DNA from: Candidatus Fervidifonticultor sextus
Lineage (GTDB): Bacteria > Sysuimicrobiota > Sysuimicrobiia > Sysuimicrobiales > Humicultoraceae
Assembly: GCA_031459875.1 (NCBI GenBank)
Contig: JAVKHQ010000036.1
Coordinates: forward strand, 1-23,671
Reading direction: 5' to 3'
Length of the DNA: 23,671 nt
The notes beneath the pieces are model-generated. The model worked only from the letters and a program-made list of their open reading frames with translations. It did no database searches and was not told where the DNA came from. Positions 16,462 through 23,671 of the stretch are shown here, piece by piece; within the stretch, counting starts at the first letter, position 1; every line of letters begins with the position of its first letter. A program made the translations under genes and the position numbers.

Positions 16462-17025
16462 CTACACTCTGTTGACGTTGGACATCAGGTATCCCCGAAG
16501 TCGGTCGAGCAGACCATCGGGGTCGTCGTCGGTCAGGATGATCGGACGGTACTCCGGCTTGATGAACCCCTGTTCGACGGCGTGGTCGAGGAAGGCGATC
16601 AACGGTCGGTAGTACCCGCACACATCCAGCAGCCCGCACGGTTTCTGCTGGAGGCCGAGCTGCGTCCACGACACCATCTCAAAGAACTCGTCCATGGTGC
16701 CGATGCCGCCGGGCAGCGCGATGAACGCGTCGGCCAGTTCGGCCATCAGGGCCTTCCGCTCGTGCATGGAGTCCACAATCCGCAGGTCGGGCAGGCTGAC
16801 CAGGGCCACTTCCCGGTCCACGAGCAGGCGCGGAATCACGCCGATGACCTCGCCGCCGGCCTCCACAGCCGTCCGGGCCAGGATCCCCATCGTCCCGATG
16901 CTGGAGCCGCCGTAGACGAGGCCGATCCTCCGGCGGACCAGGGTCTGCGCCAGCCGCCTGGCCGCCTCCGCGTACGCGGGCCGGGTCCCGGGATTCGACC
17001 CGCAGAAGACGGCCACCCGCTTCAT
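16462..17025 (-). CDS. LOG-family nucleotide phosphoribohydrolase (TIGR00730-like)
   Basis: VAVFCGS, LVYGG, MHERK, PGGIGTMDE, KPCGLL. Confidence 0.93.
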   Translation of the reverse strand: MKRVAVFCGSNPGTRPAYAEAARRLAQTLVRRRIGLVYGGSSIGTMGILARTAVEAGGEVIGVIPRLLVDREVALVSLPDLRIVDSMHERKALMAELADAFIALPGGIGTMDEFFEMVSWTQLGLQQKPCGLLDVCGYYRPLIAFLDHAVEQGFIKPEYRPIILTDDDPDGLLDRLRGYLMSNVNRV

Positions 17026-17160
17026 CTCGTCCTTGCAAATACGATGCCGCCGCCCCCCTTCCCTCGGCGCGTCCCAGGCTGGGCCCCGCTCCCCGTCGGG
17101 ACCGCCCCAGGGGGGCGAACAGGTGGCTCCCCGGGTGAGGTCGAACCATGACGCGTTCAC

Positions 17161-18021
17161 GTGACAGCCCTCGCCCTCGCGCTCGTGCTGTCTGCCGCGG
17201 TCATCCACGCGACGTGGAACTACCTGGCCAAGCGAATCGGCGTCACCTCCCAGGACGGCTGGTTGTTCGCGGCGCTGGCGGTGATCGTCTACGCCCCCGT
17301 CGTGGTGGGGATCGTCCTGTGGCGCCGGCCGGTCCTGGGCGGCCGCGAGGTCTTCTTCATGGCCGGCACGGCCATCCTGCACACCGCCTACTTCCTCCTG
17401 CTCTTCCGCGGCTACCAGGCCGGAGCCCTTTCGGTCGTCTACCCCCTGGCCCGCGGTACCGGGCCTCTGCTGTCCACGGTCGGGGCCGTTGCGTTTCTCG
17501 GGGAGCGGCCCAGCTGGCTGGCGGTAGCGGGGGCCACGATGATCGGCCTGGGGGTCGTCGTGCTGGCGGGCGACCCGCGCCGGCTCACGCTGCGGGGGTC
17601 GGGCCAGGCGGTGGTCTACGCCCTGATCACCGGCGGCGTGATCGCCCTCTACACGCTGTGGGACAAGTACGCGGTCAGCGTCGTCGGCATCCACCCCCTG
17701 CTCCTGGACTGGGGCAGCAGTATCGGCCGCACCGTCCTGCTGACGCCGCTGGCCGTCCGCCACTGGGACAGCATCCGGGCGCGGGTGCGGATACACCCGT
17801 TCCAGACCCTCGCGGTCGCCGTGCTCACACCGCTGGCCTACATCTTCGTGCTGACCGCGCTGGCCTTCACCCCGGTCAGTTACGTGGCGCCGCTGCGCGA
17901 GGTGAGCATCCTCGCGGGCGCGGCCATGGGCGCGCGGCTGCTCAGCGAAGGCGACGTCCGCAAGCGGCTCTTCGCCGCGGCGGTCATGGTGATCGGGGCG
18001 GTGCTCCTCTCAGTCGGCTGA
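17161..18021 (+). CDS. EamA/DMT-family transporter
   Basis: SAVIHATWN, LSVVYPLARG, LGER, SYVAPLREVS; about 10 TM segments. Confidence 0.9.
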   Translation: MTALALALVLSAAVIHATWNYLAKRIGVTSQDGWLFAALAVIVYAPVVVGIVLWRRPVLGGREVFFMAGTAILHTAYFLLLFRGYQAGALSVVYPLARGTGPLLSTVGAVAFLGERPSWLAVAGATMIGLGVVVLAGDPRRLTLRGSGQAVVYALITGGVIALYTLWDKYAVSVVGIHPLLLDWGSSIGRTVLLTPLAVRHWDSIRARVRIHPFQTLAVAVLTPLAYIFVLTALAFTPVSYVAPLREVSILAGAAMGARLLSEGDVRKRLFAAAVMVIGAVLLSVG

Positions 18022-18036
18022 GCCGACGGCGCGGCC

Positions 18037-18702
18037 TCACCGTCGGGCCAGGAGCCCCAGGCCCGAATAGAGGAAGAAGCCGCCCATCCCGACCACGAAC
18101 ACGCCGCACAGCCCCAGGACGGCGCGGTAGGCCGCCACCGGCAGGCGGCCGCGGCCTGCGCCCACGGTGATGGCCAGGAACGAGGTCCAGCTCAGATCGA
18201 GCGCGATGTGGCCCACGAAGAAGAAGAGCACCAGCGCCGCCGGCCCGAACCGGTGAAAGGCGACGAAGTACGCCGCGCCGACCGTCGTCCACCACAGCAG
18301 CCAGTAGGGATTCCCGAGGGTCATGAGGATGCTGGCCCGCACCACGCCGGCCCCGGTCCGCACCGGCGATCCTGCCGCGGGCGCCGGGCCCAGCGTCTCC
18401 TCACGCGCCGATCGGGCGATGCCCCACCCCATCCACACCAGCACGAGCCCGCCCAGGACTCCGATGGTGCCCACCACGGCCGGAGCCTGCAGGACCCGGC
18501 TCAATCCGACGGCGAGCGCGCCCACCATGACGAGCTCCGTCGCCGCGTGCCCCGCGGTGATCAACGGGCCGGCGAGCGCGCCGCGGCGCGCGCCCTCGCT
18601 GATGGCCATCGCCGAAATCGGCCCGGGCGACATGACGCCTGAGAGGCTCACCGCCCACCAGGTGGCGGCCAGCGGCAGGAGTTCTTGCAGGTCGTAGAGC
18701 AC
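18037..18702 (-). CDS. LysE-family translocator
   Basis: SGVMSPGP, GH, GNPYWLLWW. RBS ggaggagg before GTG. Confidence 0.88.
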   Translation of the reverse strand: MLYDLQELLPLAATWWAVSLSGVMSPGPISAMAISEGARRGALAGPLITAGHAATELVMVGALAVGLSRVLQAPAVVGTIGVLGGLVLVWMGWGIARSAREETLGPAPAAGSPVRTGAGVVRASILMTLGNPYWLLWWTTVGAAYFVAFHRFGPAALVLFFFVGHIALDLSWTSFLAITVGAGRGRLPVAAYRAVLGLCGVFVVGMGGFFLYSGLGLLARR

Positions 18703-18741
18703 CGTCTACCTCCTCCGCGCCCTGGGCATAACCCGCTTGGA

Positions 18742-18821
18742 CCTCCGAGAAGGGCAAACCCGTCGCGAGGCGGGGGCGCAAAGCCACAGGACCCTGCGGG
18801 TCGGCTGGGTTGCCGAAGAGG
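18742..18821 (+). ncRNA. c-di-GMP-I (GEMM-I) riboswitch
   Basis: agGGCAAACCcgtc-GCGA-ggcgGGggCGCAAAGCCacaggacc...ggtcggctGGGTTGCCGA. P2 has a GNRA loop, P3 is present, and P1 is CCTC/GAGG. It lies upstream of an HD-GYP gene. Confidence 0.9.
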
Positions 18822-18855
18822 ATTTCGCGCCTGGTGCGGGATCCTCATTTCTCTT
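18818..18855 (+). terminator. Putative riboswitch expression-platform terminator
   Basis: GAGGATTTCGCGC-ctg-GTGCGGGATCCTC stem followed by ATTTCTCTT. Its 5' arm overlaps the 3' strand of P1. Confidence 0.6.
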
Positions 18856-18902
18856 GTGGCGCGGATGTCGCAGCGCGGACCCCGCGCGGGGAGTTCGCCA
18901 CG

Positions 18903-19955
18903 GTGAACACGACAGCCGTCTGGGGCTCGGTTCTCGTCGTCGACGAAGACGCACGGACCCGGGAGTTGCTCTCCGAACTGCTGGGGGCCCACAGGTATGC
19001 CGTCGTGACCGCCCGGGGGGCCGCGGAGGCCCTGGCCCGCGCGGCCGTGTCGCGTCCGGATGTGGTACTTGTAGACGAGACGCTCGCCGACGGCGACGGG
19101 GCGTCGCTGTGCCTGCGGCTGAGGGCGGAGGGGAACCACCCGGGGCTCCCCATCGTGCTGATCGCGCCGCCGCCCGACGGGGCCAGCAAGGCCCTGGCGT
19201 GCGGGGCAGATGCCGTCCTCCACCGGCCCATCAAGCGCGCCGAGGTCCTCTCGTGGGTCCGGGTGCTGGTGCGGGTGCGGAGGGCCGAGGCGGCGCTGGA
19301 GCACGCGGAGATCCTGCTGGTCTCCGTGGCCGCGGCCGTCGAGGCCCGCAGCGCGTACGACGGCGACCACCTCTGGCGCGTGGCCCAGTACAGCGCGCAG
19401 CTCGCCGCCTCCGTCGGGGTGCCCGAGGCGGACAGGGCGGCCGTCCGCCGCGCGGGGATCCTCCACGACATCGGGATGATCGGCGTCCCCGACGCCCTCC
19501 TGCACCTCCCGCGGCCGCTCACGCAGGACGAATTCACGCAGATCAGACCCCACCCGCTGCTCGGCGCCGACCTCTGCCGTCCTCTGTCCGACGGGGGCAC
19601 GGTGGCGGCCATCGTGCGCGGGCACCACGAGCGCTGGCACGGCGGCGGGTATCCCCACGGGCTGGCCGGAGAGGCGATCCCGGTGGGCGCCCGGATCGTG
19701 GCCGTGGCGGATGCCTACGATGCGCTGACATCCGACCGCCCCTACCGGCCGGCCTACACGCCGCGCGATGCGCTGGACATCCTGAGGATCGGCGCCGGCA
19801 CCCAGTGGGACCCCACGCTGGTCGACGCGTTCGCGTCGGTGATCCTCGCGCCGGATCGAGGACAGGGCTCAGATCGAGAGCCCGGCGATGCGCAGCCGGC
19901 CGATCCCCGCGAGGTGCTGCTCCGCTACATGGCCTACAGCGGCGACCGCCCGTAG
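18903..19955 (+). CDS. REC (degenerate) + HD-GYP cyclic dinucleotide phosphodiesterase (RpfG-like)
   Basis: VLVVDED...VLVD receiver; HLWRVA, LHDIG, HHERWHGGGYP, ADAYDALTSDRPYR, GTQWDP. RBS ggggag before GTG at 18903. Confidence 0.9.
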   Translation: MNTTAVWGSVLVVDEDARTRELLSELLGAHRYAVVTARGAAEALARAAVSRPDVVLVDETLADGDGASLCLRLRAEGNHPGLPIVLIAPPPDGASKALACGADAVLHRPIKRAEVLSWVRVLVRVRRAEAALEHAEILLVSVAAAVEARSAYDGDHLWRVAQYSAQLAASVGVPEADRAAVRRAGILHDIGMIGVPDALLHLPRPLTQDEFTQIRPHPLLGADLCRPLSDGGTVAAIVRGHHERWHGGGYPHGLAGEAIPVGARIVAVADAYDALTSDRPYRPAYTPRDALDILRIGAGTQWDPTLVDAFASVILAPDRGQGSDREPGDAQPADPREVLLRYMAYSGDRP

Positions 19956-19992
19956 CGCGGAATCCTCCGAGGCGGCGACGCGAGGATCAGGC

Positions 19993-20898
19993 CTAGCGGC
20001 CCACCCTGACCGGATTCTGCGGAGGATGCGCGCCCCGCGCACCCAGGAAGATCTGCCCGAGACCTGCAGGCGCCCCATCGACCAGGAGGGTGAACGTGAG
20101 GCGAAAACCTGTCGTCTGGAAGTCCAGGCCGTCTGCCCCTCCCGAACTGCGCGCCTCCCAGGCGATGAGGCTCCGGTCCCGCGCGACGAGATCGTCGTCC
20201 TCCAGCCGGACCCGCCGGACCTCCTGGAAGCGGCCATCGGTGGAGATCAAGCCGGAGAGTTCCCGAGCCCAGCCGCGCGCCAGCCACCGGATGTGCCAGC
20301 CGTCCTCCTCAAACCAGATGAAGTAGCCGGCGGCCGCTCCAACGAGGGAAGGCCGGCCCCAGTAGACCGCGGGCCAGCGATCCCTGAACGCCTCTCCCAG
20401 GCGGATGGCAAACGGGTTGCCCGCCGGGTGGACCCCTCGATTTCCGATGAAGATCCGTTCGGGGGCCAGCAGGCGGCCTTCGACCCGAAGCGCAAAGCGG
20501 ATCCACCCCCCTGGCGGCGCGACGGTGAAGACGAAGCCGTCGCGCCCGCTGGTGAAGGCCTCCCAGGAGATCGTCCGCGCGGTCCGCCGCAGGTCGCTGT
20601 CCTCCCGGCCCTCGCGGCGGAGGCCGGTGATGATGCCCTCGGTGGTGATCTCTCCGCTGAACGTGCGCAGGGCTCCTACCGCGGCCCAGTGGAGGTGGAT
20701 GCCCTCGTGGTCCCGCCAGAGGAAGTAGGCCGGCGCCCAGCCAGCCTCAAACGACGGCCTCCCCTGGATCGCATCGGGCGCCAGGGTGGGGCCCCCGCCG
20801 GGCGCCACCGTTGTCTCGGGTTGCGCGGATGCGGGGAACGCGGTGAGCAGGCCCGCGGCGAGAAGCGCCGTCAGGATGCCCGACGTCCGTCGCTCCAT
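19993..20898 (-). CDS. Secreted hypothetical protein with two tandem ~130-aa beta-rich repeats
   Basis: Signal peptide ending ASA-Q. Repeats GRPS...YFLWRD..GIHLHW...FSGEITTEG...DGFVF...IFIGNRGVHPAGNPF and GRPS...YFIWFE..GWHIRW...LSGLISTDG...DGLDF...IFLGARGAHPPQNPV. Confidence 0.8.
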   Translation of the reverse strand: MERRTSGILTALLAAGLLTAFPASAQPETTVAPGGGPTLAPDAIQGRPSFEAGWAPAYFLWRDHEGIHLHWAAVGALRTFSGEITTEGIITGLRREGREDSDLRRTARTISWEAFTSGRDGFVFTVAPPGGWIRFALRVEGRLLAPERIFIGNRGVHPAGNPFAIRLGEAFRDRWPAVYWGRPSLVGAAAGYFIWFEEDGWHIRWLARGWARELSGLISTDGRFQEVRRVRLEDDDLVARDRSLIAWEARSSGGADGLDFQTTGFRLTFTLLVDGAPAGLGQIFLGARGAHPPQNPVRVGR

Positions 20899-21116
20899 GG
20901 TCGTCTCCCTCCCGACCCGTCGTCGTGCGCACCCTGTCATACGGCGGGGGCGGATCAGGGGTTCCACCGCGAGGCCGGCGCCACGATGATCGAGGTGCAG
21001 CGCGTGGGTGGGGTGCGGATCGTCGTGCGCGAGCAGTCGCCAGCCGGTGGAGCGCGGTCAGGCTGAAGGAAGCAGCCTCGAGCCTCCTCGAACCCTTCCT
21101 GGCGGAGGGATCACCC

Positions 21117-22532
21117 ATGAAGATGTACGTGGGCGGACAGTGGGTCGCCAAGTCCAAGACGATCCCCGTCTACAACCCCTATGACGGATCGGTCCTCGAC
21201 ACCGTGCCGGCGGCCGATGCCGAGGATGTCGAACACGCCCTGGAGACCGCGGTGCGCGGCGCCGGGGTGATGCGGCGGCTCTCCGGGCACGAACGCTACC
21301 AGATCCTGATGAAGGCCGCCGGGCTCATCACACAGCGGGCCGATCACTTCGCCCGCACCATCACGCTGGAAGAAGGCAAGATCCTCAAGGAAGCGCAGGT
21401 GGAGGTCGCACGCGCCATCGAGACCCTGACGCTGTCGGCCGAGGAGGCCAAGCGGATCGCCGGCGAGGGCATCCCGCTGGACGGCGCGCCGGGGTATGCC
21501 GGACAGTTCGGCTTCACGATCCGGGTGCCGTGCGGTGTGGTGGTGGCCATCACCCCCTTCAACTTCCCGCTCAACCTCGTGATGCACAAGGTCGGACCGG
21601 CACTGGCCGCCGGGAACAGCGTCATCGTCAAGCCGGCCAGCGACACCCCGCTGTCCGCCCTCAAGCTGGTCGAAGTGCTGCTGGAGGCCGGCGTCCCCGC
21701 CGAGGCGGTCCAGTGCATCACGGGCAGCGGCAAGGAAGTCGGTGAAGCGCTGTGCGCCGATCCCCGGGTCCGCAAGATCACCTTCACGGGCAGCCGGGAG
21801 GTCGGCGAACGCATCTGCCGGGTGGCCGGCATCAAGAAAGTCACCATGGAACTGGGGAGCAACTCCCCGGTGGTCGTGCTGCCGGATGCCGACCTGGAGG
21901 AAGCCGCCGCGGCCATCGCCGCCACCGGGTACGCCAATGCCGGCCAGGTCTGCATCAGCGCCCAGCGGATCATCTCGATGAAGCCGGTCTACGCCGACCT
22001 CCTGGACGCCCTCACGCCCAAGGTGGCGGCGCTGACCACGGGAGACCCCCTGGACGAGCGCACGAAAGTGGGGCCGATGGTCCGCGAGGCGGACGCCCGC
22101 CGGGTGGAGGCCTGGGTCCGCGAGGCCTTAGACGGCGGGGCCCGGTTGGTCCTGGGCGGCGAGCGCCGCGGTGCCATCTACGCGCCCACGATCGTCGCCG
22201 ACGTCAAGCCCCAGATGCGCATCTCCTGCGACGAACTGTTCGGGCCGGCGGTGGCCCTCACCCCGGCGGGCACCATTGACGAGGCCATCGCGCTCGCCAA
22301 CGACACCAACTACGGGCTGGCTGCGGGGGTCTTCACGAAGAACCTGGACTGGGCCATGCGCTTCGCCCGCGAGGTCGAATCCGGCAACATCCACATCAAC
22401 TGGGGACCGCAGTGGCGGGCGGACCTGATGCCCTACGGCGGCCTCAAGGAGAGCGGGTTCGGCAAGGAAGGGCCCCGGTACGCCGTCTCGGAGATGACGG
22501 AGAGCAAGATGGTGGTGATGCACCTCAAGTAG
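21117..22532 (+). CDS. NAD(P)-dependent aldehyde dehydrogenase
   Basis: ITPFNFP, KPA, FTGS, MELGSN (Glu), GQVCIS (catalytic Cys), ELFGP, PYGGLKESG. RBS ggaggg. Confidence 0.95.
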   Translation: MKMYVGGQWVAKSKTIPVYNPYDGSVLDTVPAADAEDVEHALETAVRGAGVMRRLSGHERYQILMKAAGLITQRADHFARTITLEEGKILKEAQVEVARAIETLTLSAEEAKRIAGEGIPLDGAPGYAGQFGFTIRVPCGVVVAITPFNFPLNLVMHKVGPALAAGNSVIVKPASDTPLSALKLVEVLLEAGVPAEAVQCITGSGKEVGEALCADPRVRKITFTGSREVGERICRVAGIKKVTMELGSNSPVVVLPDADLEEAAAAIAATGYANAGQVCISAQRIISMKPVYADLLDALTPKVAALTTGDPLDERTKVGPMVREADARRVEAWVREALDGGARLVLGGERRGAIYAPTIVADVKPQMRISCDELFGPAVALTPAGTIDEAIALANDTNYGLAAGVFTKNLDWAMRFAREVESGNIHINWGPQWRADLMPYGGLKESGFGKEGPRYAVSEMTESKMVVMHLK

Positions 22533-22588
22533 GCCGGCGCGGGAATCCGCGCCCGCCGGTCAGGATCCGCGGACGGCGGTGGACCCGG

Positions 22589-23230
22589 CTAGGCGCCTGC
22601 CCCGGCCCGCAGGGCGCTGCCGGCCCACGCCAGCCAGACGATGGTCAGGATGAAGCTCCCGAAGAACAACACCGGCTGCGTCGGCGCAAACAGCGTGAGG
22701 ACGTTGACGACCCCGGCGACGACGGCAAGCCACCCCAGGCTCGAGGCCAGCGCGCCGGTACCGATGATCGCCCAGCCCGCCACGGCCGTGGCGGCACCGG
22801 TGAAGGCGTTCCCGAAGCCTTCCAGCGCGCCGGCGATCGCGGTCAGCGCCAGCCAGGCGTGCGTGGCGGCAGTCTCGTCCTGGACGGCCAGGACCTGTCC
22901 TCCGCCCAGCCACCTCGCGACAGCTCCAACCCCGTAGCCCGCCAGACCCACCAGGGCCAGGTACAGGACCACCCGTGCCCGGGTCGGGGCCTGATCGCGC
23001 AACCGCATGGACAGTCCGGTGACGAAGACCACCGCGAACCCGATGGCGAGCAGCGCGACGATCGACCCGAGCACCCACGTGCTCCACTTCTGCCTGACCG
23101 CGCCGAGCGACCTGGCCGGATCGCCCGCCATGATATCCTGACCCATCGTGAGAATGAGGATGAAGAGCAGCGCGAGGAGGACTGCCGCGATGATTCCTGC
23201 TATTCCGCCGTTGCGCTGTACCCGATCCAT
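22589..23230 (-). CDS. DUF4386-like multi-pass membrane protein
   Basis: 213 aa with about 6 hydrophobic helices; LGWLAVVAG and C-terminal IVWLAWAG pattern. RBS gggaggg. Confidence 0.65.
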   Translation of the reverse strand: MDRVQRNGGIAGIIAAVLLALLFILILTMGQDIMAGDPARSLGAVRQKWSTWVLGSIVALLAIGFAVVFVTGLSMRLRDQAPTRARVVLYLALVGLAGYGVGAVARWLGGGQVLAVQDETAATHAWLALTAIAGALEGFGNAFTGAATAVAGWAIIGTGALASSLGWLAVVAGVVNVLTLFAPTQPVLFFGSFILTIVWLAWAGSALRAGAGA

Positions 23231-23407
23231 AACGCATCCCTCCCGGTGATGAGATACGGACAGGCACGTGAAGGCAGCCGAACAAGCGGTACGAGGCAGG
23301 ACGGCAGATCCCTGCCTCCCCGGCGCCGCCAGCCAGGCACGCGCCCAGGCTGCACCCTGCGCCGGGTAGGCAGGAAGGCGCCCCGGCGGGCGGAACGAGG
23401 ATCCATC

Positions 23408-23597
23408 ATGAAGGCGCGCCTGATGGGCCTGGCGGCCCGGTTCGCAGAGGTCGGGATCGTGCCGACCGATCCCGACGACGAGCGCATGCTGAAGGCGATC
23501 CTCACCCTGTGGGCGGTGCTCTCGATCTTCGTCGCGGCCCTGTGGGGGGGCCATGTACGCCCTGCTGGGATTGCGGACGGCGGCGGCGATTCCCCTA
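23408..23597 (+). pseudogene. 5' fragment of a membrane-anchored adenylate/guanylate cyclase-like gene, frameshifted and IS-interrupted
   Basis: MKARLMGLAARFAEVGIVPTDPDDERMLKAIL...ALWG, then one extra G in a G7 run (23544-23550); the corrected frame gives AMYALLGLRTAAAIPL, which stops at CTAG 23595. It resembles the N-terminus of TM class III cyclases; the catalytic domain is not visible. Confidence 0.55.
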
Positions 23598-23671
23598 GTG
23601 CGCCGTCGCCCAAGTTTGACAAGGGTTAGAGAACTCACTATGCTGAGCCCAACGGTTCGACATCACACCTT
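23595..23671 (+). mobile_element. Left end of an insertion sequence (right copy) inserted at CTAG
   Basis: Inverted copy of 1-41. It cuts a coding frame and contains a promoter pointing into the element. Confidence 0.78.
23616..23644 (+). promoter_or_regulatory. Near-consensus sigma70 promoter within the IS end (probable transposase promoter)
   Basis: TTGACA (23616-23621), 17 bp, TATGCT (23639-23644). Confidence 0.75.

Noticed and set aside
16462..17025. LOG gene as part of a defence or cytokinin system
   Set aside because: It is an ordinary stand-alone PGGxGT-type LOG with no fused domains or supporting neighbours.
18742..18821. 3'3'-cGAMP-specific GEMM-Ib variant
   Set aside because: The position-20 equivalent is G (GGCAAA), not A.
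21117..22532. ALDH as the syringaldehyde/vanillin dehydrogenase of the island
   Set aside because: It lies 7 kb outside the operator-bounded island, no ATTGT-N2-ACAAT site was seen upstream, and there is no substrate evidence.
22533..22560. GC hairpin after the ALDH gene as an intrinsic terminator
   Set aside because: The stem GGCGCGG-gaat-CCGCGCC exists but has no U tract on either strand, and such stems are common by chance at this GC content.

Overview
High-GC bacterial segment (roughly 70% GC by eye). Both ends carry the same 41-bp sequence in inverted orientation, each with CTAG at its inner edge. These are most likely the ends of two copies of one IS. The right copy interrupts a cyclase-like gene and contains a TTGACA-17-TATGCT promoter. 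The core (about 2-14 kb) is a co-regulated methoxy-aromatic (lignin monomer; syringate/3-O-methylgallate/vanillate-type) catabolic island. A Liv-type ABC transporter operon (+) converges on a 7-gene operon (-): DUF1932-type NAD(P) oxidoreductase, DUF6282-like metallohydrolase, GntR/FCD regulator, GalB-type 4-oxalomesaconate hydratase, VOC extradiol dioxygenase, LigM/DesA-type THF-dependent O-demethylase, and a MetF-MetV fusion. The two promoters share a 20/23-identical operator/-35 block. The left 0.8-2 kb holds an intact hicBA pair among decayed fragments of DUF1156, DUF499 and phosphodiester glycosidase genes, next to a class A beta-lactamase-like gene. The right part holds a PQQ/GSDH dehydrogenase, ppsR-like kinase, LOG, EamA, LysE, a c-di-GMP-I riboswitch upstream of a REC-HD-GYP gene, a two-repeat secreted protein, an ALDH and a DUF4386-like membrane protein. 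All family calls come from motif recognition, not database searches.
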